NCBI GenBank assembly: GCA_963677925.2
Contig: CAXXYH010000003.1
Span: 1,376,001-1,440,000, forward strand
From: Spirochaetia bacterium
GTDB lineage: Bacteria; Spirochaetota; Spirochaetia; UBA9216
Length of the DNA stretch: 64,000 nt
Reading direction: 5' to 3'
Shown: positions 1 through 9,269 of the stretch, one piece after another
Layout of the letters: each line of letters opens with the position of its first letter
Numbering within the stretch: the first letter of the stretch is position 1
Made by a program: the position numbers and the translations under genes
The notes under the pieces: generated by a model
Seen by the model: only the letters and a program-made list of their open reading frames with translations
Database searches by the model: none
Told to the model about the DNA's origin: nothing

Positions 1-302
1 TCAAGCCCCATAGTCTTAAGTGATTTATCTATTGCAGAGGCTGCCTTTTTATAGGATTTGGCCTCAGCAGCAAGTTTTGTTGTTACAAAGAGTTCTTTTC
101 GATCAACACCGCAGTTTCTGACAGCCTCTCCAACACCGTTTTCATTTCGATAAGCCTGGGCAGTATCGATGTGTCTGTATCCGATCTTGACTGCCTCTTT
201 TACTGCCTGAACAACATCCTTATTGTTAATAAACCAGGTGCCTAGTCCAAGTTTTGGTATCTCTATGCCGTTTGATAATGTGTAATTTTCTTTTAAAATC
301 AT
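1..302 (-). CDS. Aldo/keto reductase, 5' part (runs off window start)
   Basis: Manual translation MILKENYTLSNGIEIPKLGLGTWFI...GYRHIDTAQAYRNE...LFVTTKL; AGGAG RBS upstream; close paralog of 38039..38908. Confidence 0.92.
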   Translation of the reverse strand, partial: MILKENYTLSNGIEIPKLGLGTWFINNKDVVQAVKEAVKIGYRHIDTAQAYRNENGVGEAVRNCGVDRKELFVTTKLAAEAKSYKKAASAIDKSLKTMGL

Positions 303-335
303 AATCTAATCTCCTTACAGCCGTAATCCGGCAAA

Positions 336-815
336 TTATTCAACTAATTCAAAGGTCATCTTTACATTGCCGTTCCCAAGAATCTGCTTCAACTCAGTCT
401 GTGAAACCCCATTGATATGACCCATTTTTGTAAAATTCCATGAATTAGGTTCGTAATAAACAACAACCGAGCTTCCCATAAACAGGATAATGTCTCCCGG
501 TTCTGTTCGAATCTGCCTGTTATTTGCAGGCAGACGCCTCCATAGCATGCCGACCTTCTCCATAGAACCGTAATCCCGCATGCTGACCGTTTTAGGTCTT
601 CCTGAAATCAGCTTCTTAAAAGCCTGTGATGATGAATTATTTTCCATCGTTGCGGTAAGCTCACGGCCGTTAACAGTGATTTTAATCTGATATTCACCAT
701 CCAGTGAAAGTCTTCCGAAGGCTGCCGGTGTAAAAAAGTAAAGAATAGCTATGACAGCCAGAATAATTATTATCAATCCAATCATCTTAATATTTATGCC
801 CCTGGTGCTTCTCAT
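336..815 (-). CDS. Cyclophilin-like fold protein with N-terminal membrane anchor
   Basis: MRDYGSMEKVG..LP..EPGDIILF..VVYY..NSWNFTKMG pattern; hydrophobic N-terminus. Confidence 0.8.
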   Translation of the reverse strand: MRSTRGINIKMIGLIIIILAVIAILYFFTPAAFGRLSLDGEYQIKITVNGRELTATMENNSSSQAFKKLISGRPKTVSMRDYGSMEKVGMLWRRLPANNRQIRTEPGDIILFMGSSVVVYYEPNSWNFTKMGHINGVSQTELKQILGNGNVKMTFELVE

Positions 816-822
816 CAGATCT

Positions 823-1740
823 CTATTTGGACAGTTTTGCGTATTCAGCGTCGCTTACAGCTTCGCACCACTGGTTTTTCCCGTCTTTTCCGGGAATCTC
901 TATTGCAATATGTGAAAACCAGGAATCCTTTTTAGCACCATGCCAGTGTTTTACATTCGCAGGAATATATACTACCGAGCCGGGCTCAAGACTGACGGCA
1001 TCCTTGCCCTCTTCCTGGTACCAGCCCTGACCTACTGTACATACAAGCAGCTGCCCGCCGTTTTCGGAAGCATGGTGAATGTGCCAGTTATTCCTGCAAC
1101 CTGGTTCAAAGTTTACATTTGCAAAAAACAGAGGAACCTTGCCGGGTCGTGTAAGCATTTTGATATAGGAACGGCCGATAAAATATTTTTTCAATATAAA
1201 ATTGTACATACCTGTACCGAACATATTGGCCTTGTCGAATTCTTCCTTTGTTTTGATGAGCAGCTTGGAACCCAGCGGTGAGAAATCCTTTAGACCCTTC
1301 CCAGGTTTAAGAGCCTTGTAATAATCATCAGAAACAGGCTCAAGCCATTCATTACTGCACTGTTCACCCGGAATTTCCACTGATATATGTGTGAACCAGC
1401 TGTCTTCCTTTGCTCCGTGCCAGTGCTTAACTTCGGCTGGAATATAGATAAAGGAACCCGCTGAGAGGCTCTGGGCGTTCTTACCCTCCTGCTGGTACCA
1501 GCCTTCACCGGCTGTACAAATCAGAATCTGGCCGCCCCCGCTTTTTGAATGGTGGATATGCCAGTTGTTCCTGCAGCCTGGTTCAAATGTCACATTTGCA
1601 AGGAATACAGGCCAGTCTCCCGGCTTTGCATAAAAGTTAAGAAATGAATTCCCGATAAAATACTGCGCAAACATATCATTGGGAATTCCCTTCCCGAATT
1701 TATTTACTTTCTCAAAATCTTTCTCATTGATATATTTCAT
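823..1740 (-). CDS. Tandem (two-domain) cupin protein
   Basis: Two copies of NVxFEPGCRNNWHIHH..GGQ..C..G.GWYQ..IPA.VKHWHGA. Confidence 0.88.
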   Translation of the reverse strand: MKYINEKDFEKVNKFGKGIPNDMFAQYFIGNSFLNFYAKPGDWPVFLANVTFEPGCRNNWHIHHSKSGGGQILICTAGEGWYQQEGKNAQSLSAGSFIYIPAEVKHWHGAKEDSWFTHISVEIPGEQCSNEWLEPVSDDYYKALKPGKGLKDFSPLGSKLLIKTKEEFDKANMFGTGMYNFILKKYFIGRSYIKMLTRPGKVPLFFANVNFEPGCRNNWHIHHASENGGQLLVCTVGQGWYQEEGKDAVSLEPGSVVYIPANVKHWHGAKKDSWFSHIAIEIPGKDGKNQWCEAVSDAEYAKLSK

Positions 1741-1810
1741 ATTTGTCTCCTAAAAAGTACTCATACTCTATTGATAAATTAAAAGTAATGGATCCTGTGT
1801 CTGAAAACAA

Positions 1811-1845
1811 TGTCTATTCCAACAATTAACATGCCTATTTCTACA
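1811..1845. promoter_or_regulatory. Putative AraC-family binding site (two 14-bp direct repeats, 21-bp period)
   Basis: TGTCTATTCCAACA-N7-TGCCTATTTCTACA between the divergent cupin and AraC genes; recurs at 7750..7784. Confidence 0.7.
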
Positions 1846-1898
1846 ATTTTAAGACTGAATATGTTTATTTTTTATTATTTTCATGCATAATATACCAC

Positions 1899-2786
1899 AT
1901 GAAAGAACATATCAAACAACTAAGAGATTCAATTTCAACGCATTTAAAGGATAAGGAATTCATTGATATGGGAATTGGGAATGCAGCATTGTTTCAGAGT
2001 ACAAAGTCGTATGAATCAAAGCCTAAACTTTACCATCCACATATCATGCTGTTAGCCCAGGGTAAAAAGATAATTTATTTAGGCGGCAAGGAATATCTTT
2101 ATGATCCATACCATTACTTCGTACAGACAGTTTCACTTCCTCTGAACTGCAAGGCAGTAATTGAAGATGATCAGCCAATTATGGGTATTATTTTAAGAAT
2201 TACACCGCAGGTGATTGGGGAGATTCTTTTTGAAATGGAGACCGAACCGGTTCCGGCCAAATCAATTTCAAGCAGCCTTTACAATGCTAAAACAACAGAT
2301 AAACTTATTGATTCATGCATCAGGCTGGTAAATACTCTTGAATCAAAAAATGAAACAAAGGTTCTCGGTCCCTGCTATGTCAAGGAGATACTGTTCCGGA
2401 TTCTAAATGGTGAGAATGGAAATATTCTGAGAGAACTTGCCAACAATAACCGCGGGTTTTACCAGATTGCCAGGGTTATAAATAATATACATGAAAACTA
2501 TTCGCAACCCATTGTCATTCCGGCTCTGGCAAAGGAAGCCGGAATGAGCCCCACTGCATTTCATTCCGCGTTTAAATCTGTGACAAGTATCTCACCTCTT
2601 CAGTATATAAAAAATATCCGTCTGCATAAGGCCAAGGAATTTATTCAGAATGAAGGTGAAAAAGTCAATACTGCAGCTACGCGGGTTGGTTACGAAAGCA
2701 CATCGCAATTCAGCAGAGAATATAAACGTTTTTTCGGGACTTCACCAACCAGTGACAGACTGAGCGGATCGAGTACCATGTTTTGA
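1899..2786 (+). CDS. AraC-family transcriptional regulator (YqhC-like, AraC_N domain)
   Basis: N-terminal LAQGKKIIYLG..YDP..YF; C-terminal SPLQYIKNIRL..A..VGYESTSQFSREYKRFFG. Confidence 0.92.
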   Translation: MKEHIKQLRDSISTHLKDKEFIDMGIGNAALFQSTKSYESKPKLYHPHIMLLAQGKKIIYLGGKEYLYDPYHYFVQTVSLPLNCKAVIEDDQPIMGIILRITPQVIGEILFEMETEPVPAKSISSSLYNAKTTDKLIDSCIRLVNTLESKNETKVLGPCYVKEILFRILNGENGNILRELANNNRGFYQIARVINNIHENYSQPIVIPALAKEAGMSPTAFHSAFKSVTSISPLQYIKNIRLHKAKEFIQNEGEKVNTAATRVGYESTSQFSREYKRFFGTSPTSDRLSGSSTMF

Positions 2787-2825
2787 TACTCCAGTGCTGA
2801 TTAAGATAAAACTGCGGCAGTTTTT

Positions 2826-4301
2826 TTATTCAGCTTTCTTCTTTGTCTCTTTGACAAACAGAATACATACAAAACCGACCAGAACAATTCCCAGCACACA
2901 CATAAAGGCAACATTCATGCCGCTGATGGTTGCATTCAGCAGTCCTTCATTGTACATTGCCGGATTAGTCTGCTCGAGTGCTGCCCCGGGAATATTCCGC
3001 AGTTCGATATTAGACATAATTGTCACGAGGATAGCCACACCGATAGAACCGACGATCTGCCTTGAAGTATTTGTTACAGCAGTAGCGTGGTGCAGAAGTT
3101 CTGTTGGAAGCGCATTCATTCCGGCAGCCTGCAGATTCATAAAAATAAAGCCCAGACCGATAAATCTGAAGCCGTTAAAGATGGTAAGCTCAAGGATACT
3201 TGTATCAAGACTGAATGAGGTGAATGGTATTACAGAGATTATAACAAGGATAATTCCCGGAATAACAAGACGCTTTATACCGTATCTGTCAAAGAGCCTT
3301 CCCGATATCAGCATAACAAAGGCCATGATAAAAGCCCCGGGGAACAGAACCATTCCGCTCGTAAATGCTGATCTGCCAAGTACCGATTGAATGAATATTG
3401 GAATCAGCAGTGTTGAGGCAACATGCGCAATATTCAGAAATGAATTCGCAACAGTAGTAAGGGTAAATGTAGGAGATTTAAATACACGCAGCTGCAGTGA
3501 AGGGTTATAAATTGATAATTGTCTGATTACAAACACAACTACAGTTGCAGAACCGATAAGTATGCTTAAATATACATAGGGTGATGACCATCCCCTGCTT
3601 CCTGCACTGCTGAATCCGAAAAGCATCCCGCCGAACCCGACTGCCGAAAGAACAAGCGACTTAATATCGATCTTTACAGATTTGGACGGTACAATATCAC
3701 GCATAAGAAAAAATGCAAGAATAATATCTACCGCAACAAAGGGCAGAAGTCCAATAAACAGAAACTGCCAGCTGAACCGGTCGATAAAAAATCCGGCAAT
3801 TACCGGACCTAAAGCCGGTCCGAAACTTATCACCAGCCCGTAGATGCCCATTGCAAGTCCCCTTTTTTCAGCTGGAAAAGTAAGGACAAAGACGGTATTA
3901 ACCAGAGGCATCAGGATTCCGCAGGCTATAGCCTGAAAAACTCTGCCGGCAATCAGAACCGGGTAGCTTGGAGAAAACGCACAGAGAATTGTTCCGCCTG
4001 CAAAAACAAACATCGAAAAGATATAAAGTTTCTTTGTGGATATCTTTTCAAGAAGAAGTGCCGTCATCGGGATCATTACCCCGTTAGTCAGCATGAATGC
4101 TGTTGTAACCCATTGAACCTGACTGGCCACCAGATCAAAATGCAGCATAAGTTTCGGCAGAGCAGTACTCAGCAGTGTCTGGTTCAGAACTGCAACAAGT
4201 GAACCGAATAAGATTGTTATGATCAGCGGGATTCTTCTGAATGTTTTCCCATGTATATCTATGTTATATGCTTCATTCTCTACTTTCTTCATTTCAACCA
4301 T
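2826..4301 (-). CDS. DHA2-family MFS multidrug efflux transporter (EmrB/QacA/LmrB-like)
   Basis: LNQTLLSTALP, WVTTAFML, GRVFQAIACG, GPALGPVIAG motifs; many TM segments. Confidence 0.92.
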   Translation of the reverse strand: MVEMKKVENEAYNIDIHGKTFRRIPLIITILFGSLVAVLNQTLLSTALPKLMLHFDLVASQVQWVTTAFMLTNGVMIPMTALLLEKISTKKLYIFSMFVFAGGTILCAFSPSYPVLIAGRVFQAIACGILMPLVNTVFVLTFPAEKRGLAMGIYGLVISFGPALGPVIAGFFIDRFSWQFLFIGLLPFVAVDIILAFFLMRDIVPSKSVKIDIKSLVLSAVGFGGMLFGFSSAGSRGWSSPYVYLSILIGSATVVVFVIRQLSIYNPSLQLRVFKSPTFTLTTVANSFLNIAHVASTLLIPIFIQSVLGRSAFTSGMVLFPGAFIMAFVMLISGRLFDRYGIKRLVIPGIILVIISVIPFTSFSLDTSILELTIFNGFRFIGLGFIFMNLQAAGMNALPTELLHHATAVTNTSRQIVGSIGVAILVTIMSNIELRNIPGAALEQTNPAMYNEGLLNATISGMNVAFMCVLGIVLVGFVCILFVKETKKKAE

Positions 4302-4328
4302 AAGTACTCCAAATCAATTCCCGGCAGT

Positions 4329-4775
4329 TTAATATTCTGTGATACGTTTCAGAAGAACAACAGAATCATTTAATACCGCCTGTTCAGATTCGGTAAGTCT
4401 TTCGGATATAGCTTTTGCCAGCCAGTCATTCCAGACAGCCCGTCCTCCGGATAAATAATTTTTGCCTTCTTCAGACAGATGTATATATGTTTTCCTTCCG
4501 TCATTCGGATCAGCCTGACCGTCTATATAGCCAAGCTGTTTAAGGGCCTGTACAGTATTCCTCATAGACTGAGGACGTACCCCTTCCATACGTGAAAGTT
4601 CCGATACCGTAGCCTCTCCTACAGTATCCAGTCTAAGGAGAACGGCTATCTGAGAGGATGAGAGGTTATAGGAAAATGATTGTTCCCTTAGGCGGCGCCT
4701 CAGCTTACTCAGCTGGGCCCGAAGTTCTGAGGCAAGTACTGCAATATCGACATTTTCACTGTTTTCTGAATTCAT
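4329..4775 (-). CDS. MarR-family transcriptional regulator
   Basis: Winged HTH with DPNDGRKTYIHLS motif; upstream of efflux pump. Confidence 0.92.
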   Translation of the reverse strand: MNSENSENVDIAVLASELRAQLSKLRRRLREQSFSYNLSSSQIAVLLRLDTVGEATVSELSRMEGVRPQSMRNTVQALKQLGYIDGQADPNDGRKTYIHLSEEGKNYLSGGRAVWNDWLAKAISERLTESEQAVLNDSVVLLKRITEY

Positions 4776-4781
4776 TGCGTA

Positions 4782-4824
4782 ACTATAAATATATACAGTC
4801 TAACTGTCAAGTTTAACTGTATAT
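4782..4824 (-). promoter_or_regulatory. sigma70 promoter (TTGACA-17-TATAGT) overlapped by a palindromic MarR operator
   Basis: Minus strand TATACAGTTAAACTTGACAGTTAGACTGTATATATTTATAGT; ACAGT-N3-ACTGT box, outer ATATACAGT/ACTGTATAT symmetry. Confidence 0.8.
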
Positions 4825-4833
4825 ACTTATTAT

Positions 4834-5283
4834 TTATTCTGCGATCTCGATCCTGAAAGAAACACTGTTATCAAGTTTTTTCAGAACATGAAGATCTGAT
4901 TCATCAATGCTTCCTAAAACCATTACCGGCATGGGAAGCCTGTGCTGCACAACATAGAAGATGCTGATCCAGCCGCCTACAATACTTATATCTCCATTTC
5001 TCCAGCCGTACTGCCTCTCCGAGCTGTCAGACTCTAGTGCAGGAGCTGTACCGCAATAATCAAGTGAAGATCTTCCCAACGATATCGACATTGGTAGTTT
5101 ACTCCTGAGAGATTCCGCCGCTTTGGTACTGTTCAGGGTTGCGTGTAAAACATAGTCTCCGCTTGTCAGAGTAACGCGTGTACCATTCTCAAGTCCGCTG
5201 CGTCTTGGCGGTCTCGAAAACCAGAATATTAATAAAACTAAAACTGCAATAATAATTAAAACTCTAATCATAATTTTACTCAT
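4834..5283 (-). CDS. Cyclophilin-like fold protein, membrane anchored
   Basis: ATLNSTKAAESLRSKLP..DYCG..WRNGDI..GGWISIFY; resembles the N-terminal domain of 38931..39791. Confidence 0.72.
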   Translation of the reverse strand: MSKIMIRVLIIIAVLVLLIFWFSRPPRRSGLENGTRVTLTSGDYVLHATLNSTKAAESLRSKLPMSISLGRSSLDYCGTAPALESDSSERQYGWRNGDISIVGGWISIFYVVQHRLPMPVMVLGSIDESDLHVLKKLDNSVSFRIEIAE

Positions 5284-6192
5284 CTATATACCTATAGTAT
5301 TCAAAATAATTCCAAGAATAAATGAGAAGCCAATCAGGAAGGCAACGTAAAAAAATACCATCTTCTTTGACATAAAGCTTCCAAGTGCAGCCAGGGCTGT
5401 AACCCGTGTAGCAGGACCGACAATAAGAAATGCCATAGCGGCTCCAAGGCTCATTCCATTATTCATAAGCATCTGGACAAGGGGAATAACCCCGCCTCCG
5501 CATATATATACTGGAATACTTAAGAATGCCGCAAATATAATATTTAGCCATTCCATTGTGGCCTGTTCAAAAAGCAGCGTAACCGGAACAACAGCTTCCA
5601 GCGCTACACTGATAAGAATTCCAATCAGCAGATATTTCCCTATAAACCTGAAAGTAGACCACACGCCCTTCAGATATTCAGGGAAGTGGAAACTTGCAAT
5701 ATTCTTTGGTTTTCTGCAGCTGTTTCCGCTTTCCTCAATTCTGGAATTAACATTTCCTGAATCAAAGATTTTGATTTTCTTATTAATAAGAATTAAAGAA
5801 AACCCGAGCAAAACTGCGAAGACAAAAACACTGACAAGTCGTATCAATCCGAAACCAAGCCCGAATCCGCCGCAGGTAACTAAAAACAGCTGAGGGTTCA
5901 GCAGTGATGAGGCACCAAGGAAGGTAACCAGAGGTGCTACCGGTGTTTCCTTTTTATAAAGATCTATAACAATGGGAACGGTACTGTAGGTGCAGAGAGG
6001 AGAGGCTATCCCCAATGCTGCAGCAATAAATATTGATAACGACGGTGATTTTTTTATAGCCTTCTGAACAAAATCCGCCCAGGATGTGTATTTCAGTATT
6101 TCTGAAAGAAAAACTCCCCCGATTACCCAGGGGAGAAAATCAAGCAGAAGGCTGAAGGCCCTTTGAAAAACTGCTGATAAGAATTCAAACAT
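5284..6192 (-). CDS. Predicted permease (DUF318/ArsP-like)
   Basis: SPLCTYSTVP and PVYICGGGVIP Cys motifs, AMAFLIVGP; multi-TM. Confidence 0.82.
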   Translation of the reverse strand: MFEFLSAVFQRAFSLLLDFLPWVIGGVFLSEILKYTSWADFVQKAIKKSPSLSIFIAAALGIASPLCTYSTVPIVIDLYKKETPVAPLVTFLGASSLLNPQLFLVTCGGFGLGFGLIRLVSVFVFAVLLGFSLILINKKIKIFDSGNVNSRIEESGNSCRKPKNIASFHFPEYLKGVWSTFRFIGKYLLIGILISVALEAVVPVTLLFEQATMEWLNIIFAAFLSIPVYICGGGVIPLVQMLMNNGMSLGAAMAFLIVGPATRVTALAALGSFMSKKMVFFYVAFLIGFSFILGIILNTIGI

Positions 6193-6205
6193 TAAATATT
6201 TCCGT

Positions 6206-7696
6206 TTAGATCCCTATCTTAGAGCTGTTTAAGAATCTGTCGAATCCATAAACTTCAATAGTTGATTTTTCATCATAGTTAAGGCCTTCAAAAGTGAAAT
6301 CAAGCTCTTTTCCTGAAGCTGCAGCTGAGCCTTCAAATACACCGTCAATATATACTGCAGCTTTAACCAAATCTTCATTTGAAATCATGGTCCCTTTCAG
6401 GGTTCCTGATTCAAGAACTATATTTTTCAGGCTTATAGCAGGATTTTCATAATCATCATATTTCCGTATGGCTTCAGCAAGAGAACCGAAAGGCCGCTTG
6501 ATTTCACTTACACGGACATTACCCAGAACATTTATCCTGGCCGGATCCATTATTCCCATTCCGTCTTCAGCAAGATACTTTATATAATCCACCTGCTGCG
6601 GATCTACACCGATAATAAGGGACTGCACTGTATCAATTGCAACCGCGTTTTTTGCTGCCATAATCACGCGCATATTTTTTTTGGCAGATTCATATGAATC
6701 TGCACCCTGCCCTATAGGGCCGTACTCCATTCCCTGAAGACCGTCAGTAATAATAAAGTCAACAGGCTTTACCATGTAAAAGTCATGGATGAATTTATTA
6801 AGAGGTTCCCAGCTGTGATCGACACCAAGGCGGCTCAGGGGCATTATTGTTGAAGCCATCATGGGATTCCCGTATACACGGGGAGGAGCTGTACCTATTC
6901 CTACATTCTTGATTCCGCCGGTAATTGCTGCATTACCATGACTTTTTAAAAGCGGCAGATCTATTACTACATCAGCTGAGTAGTATAATTTATCAATGTA
7001 ATACTTTCCCTCTGTCCACTTATCCAGGTCATCGGTGTATCTTTTTTTATCACCTATATCAACTGCTGTCAGATCTGAAGTATCAACTGAAAACAGGCTG
7101 TCACCCGAATCATCATAATTAAGTATTTCATCAACTTCGGGAAGATTTTCTTTTGTCCACCCGAGTATCTCCATATTCCCTGCAGTATCATCCCAGCAGG
7201 ATGTTTCCATAAGGTAAATTCTTCCTGAAGGATTCAACTCACGCACAAGTTCCGATGCGACCTTTATCACACGGTAATCTGTAGCAATTCCATTTACTTC
7301 CTGTGGAAGCATATTTTCTTCAGTACTGGCCATTCCGTTAACACGGTGGTAAGCCGATATTAGATTCGGCTTAAGGACGACAAAGTCTCCGTCATGTACA
7401 ATATCTTCAAGACCGCCGGCAAGCTCTACAGACTCTCTGATCATGGAGCGAATATCATCTTCTGTAATATCTTCTGCATGGTCTTTTCTACTTTTAATCA
7501 ATGCTACATCGGCAGTCTGATTTTCGTATGGCTTGTAGTCAGCTTTTACAATATCTTTAAGCGGTTCCACTCTGTTCATACGGTAACTTTGAACGGTAAA
7601 GAAGACCACTACAATAATAACCACTGAACCGAGAATTATTCCTATCCATTTTAAAACTTTCAGCAGGGGGCTTTTCTTTTTTTCTTTTCTACCCAT
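6206..7696 (-). CDS. DUF362 domain protein with N-terminal TM anchor
   Basis: VVLKPNL, DVVIDLPLLKSH..AITGGIKN, FIITDG..G.EYGP, NAVAID motifs. Confidence 0.8.
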   Translation of the reverse strand: MGRKEKKKSPLLKVLKWIGIILGSVVIIVVVFFTVQSYRMNRVEPLKDIVKADYKPYENQTADVALIKSRKDHAEDITEDDIRSMIRESVELAGGLEDIVHDGDFVVLKPNLISAYHRVNGMASTEENMLPQEVNGIATDYRVIKVASELVRELNPSGRIYLMETSCWDDTAGNMEILGWTKENLPEVDEILNYDDSGDSLFSVDTSDLTAVDIGDKKRYTDDLDKWTEGKYYIDKLYYSADVVIDLPLLKSHGNAAITGGIKNVGIGTAPPRVYGNPMMASTIMPLSRLGVDHSWEPLNKFIHDFYMVKPVDFIITDGLQGMEYGPIGQGADSYESAKKNMRVIMAAKNAVAIDTVQSLIIGVDPQQVDYIKYLAEDGMGIMDPARINVLGNVRVSEIKRPFGSLAEAIRKYDDYENPAISLKNIVLESGTLKGTMISNEDLVKAAVYIDGVFEGSAAASGKELDFTFEGLNYDEKSTIEVYGFDRFLNSSKIGI

Positions 7697-7749
7697 ATTA
7701 CCTCCAATTTACTGATTAACATGATATATACAGTAACCATATAAAAGAA

Positions 7750-7784
7750 TATCTAATCCAACATATAATTTGCCTATTTCTACA
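7750..7784. promoter_or_regulatory. Second copy of the putative AraC binding site
   Basis: TATCTAATCCAACA-N7-TGCCTATTTCTACA; second half identical to 1832..1845. Confidence 0.7.
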
Positions 7785-7862
7785 TAACCCACACCCCAGA
7801 TACATACATTCGTTTTTTTTCATGCCAATTACAACCATTACTTTATAAAACTAATAATCATC

Positions 7863-7887
7863 AAAAAATCCCGGGGCAACCCGGGAT
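7863..7887 (-). terminator. Intrinsic terminator of the GRE-carrier operon
   Basis: ATCCCGGG-N4-CCCGGGAT perfect stem followed by a T run on the minus strand. Confidence 0.8.
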
Positions 7888-7929
7888 AAAAAGAAAAGAA
7901 ATGAAATAAAAAGGAAATCACTTTTTTAA

Positions 7930-9216
7930 CTAGTAAATCCCTATAGCAATCATCACCAGATACAGAGCTATATTAATAAACGGCCATCCAAGAAGAAAAT
8001 TAAAAATAGTTTTCCTGTGACCATCATCATCAACACTTGCAACTACAAGTCCACCGCTTCCGGAGAAAGGTGATACTGCTGTAGCCATAGAACCTACAGC
8101 AACAGCTGCAAAGGCTATTCCGGGATTGAAGCCTCCGGCGATTGCCAATGCGGGAACCAGGGCAAGGAAGGTTGTATTTACGACGAATCCGCTTACGAAC
8201 AGACTCATAATACCGGCAAAAAGAGCAAGCATCATTGGAATAATTCCGGTTGGCACACTGGTGGACAGCCAGTTTGATACCATCTCTATTGCGCCGGTCT
8301 TACTTACAATACCAATCAATGTACCCATTCCGCATAATGTGGTAAGGGCTGAAAGGGGAACTTTTTTGAAAGCTTCCTTTTCATCACCAACCTTGAATAA
8401 CGAAAGAAGAACTACTCCTATGAATGCAATCCAGATAAGGTACACACCTCTTGAGAACTTGACTGCAACAGGATTTCCATGTCCCAGCAGTCCTGCCAAA
8501 GGAGCAGCAACAAGAAGAACAACAAAACCGATTATTACAGCAAGGTTAATTCTCTGCTTTTTATTAAAAGGTTCAGGTTTACTAAGCTCTGGAGCCTTGA
8601 TCTTGTAACCTTTAAAGACTATGTAAGCAATTATAAAAATAATTGTATAAAGGAGTGTAATCTGGAAAAGGGCATGGTTTCCAAAATTATGGGCTTCAGC
8701 CTCGGAATGCCCGCCGAAATTCATTATGAGTTCTCTAAGAAAAATACCAGCTGTACTAATAGGGGTGAACCCGCCGGCACTGATTCCTGACACACATGAA
8801 ACAGCAGCGAGGATGTTATTCATACCTGTTACCTTTGCAATGGTAAGCCCGATAGGAATCATCATAACAGTAGCCCCGTCACCGGCCCCTATTCCAGCCA
8901 TAATAAATGAAAGGATGTACAGAACTATAGGAATGGCCCACGGAATATTCCTTACAGAATAAACAACTTTATCAGCAACTTTTTCGAGTGTTCCGTTCAG
9001 AACCGCAAAACTGTAAAAGAGTGTTACAGAAAACAGAAGAAGAAATAGTCTGGTCGGAAAAACACCGACTAATCCTCGGGGTGATTCACCAAGCACAAAG
9101 ACACCGATAATATAGGCAGCGGTTATAGCCCATAAACCTATATTGGTTTTTGTTTTTGTTCCAATCACAATAACGGCTACTATTGCAATCAAGCTGATAA
9201 TGATGATAGTCATCAA
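7930..9216 (-). CDS. SLC13/MatC-like (di)carboxylate carrier
   Basis: N-terminal KTNIGLWAI..FP..LFLLLFSVTLFYSFAVLNGTLE; C-terminal SPFSGSGG; multi-TM. Confidence 0.8.
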   Translation of the reverse strand: MMTIIIISLIAIVAVIVIGTKTKTNIGLWAITAAYIIGVFVLGESPRGLVGVFPTRLFLLLFSVTLFYSFAVLNGTLEKVADKVVYSVRNIPWAIPIVLYILSFIMAGIGAGDGATVMMIPIGLTIAKVTGMNNILAAVSCVSGISAGGFTPISTAGIFLRELIMNFGGHSEAEAHNFGNHALFQITLLYTIIFIIAYIVFKGYKIKAPELSKPEPFNKKQRINLAVIIGFVVLLVAAPLAGLLGHGNPVAVKFSRGVYLIWIAFIGVVLLSLFKVGDEKEAFKKVPLSALTTLCGMGTLIGIVSKTGAIEMVSNWLSTSVPTGIIPMMLALFAGIMSLFVSGFVVNTTFLALVPALAIAGGFNPGIAFAAVAVGSMATAVSPFSGSGGLVVASVDDDGHRKTIFNFLLGWPFINIALYLVMIAIGIY

Positions 9217-9269
9217 TACCTCCTATTTATTTTTTTACCGGCTTCTCCTCCGGCATTAATTTCAATGAT

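Noticed and set aside
2794-3390. 198-aa + strand ORF, and similar antisense ORFs (8126..8608, 18445..18933, 58115..58654 etc.)
   Set aside because: Shadow frames antisense to well-supported genes, with no motifs
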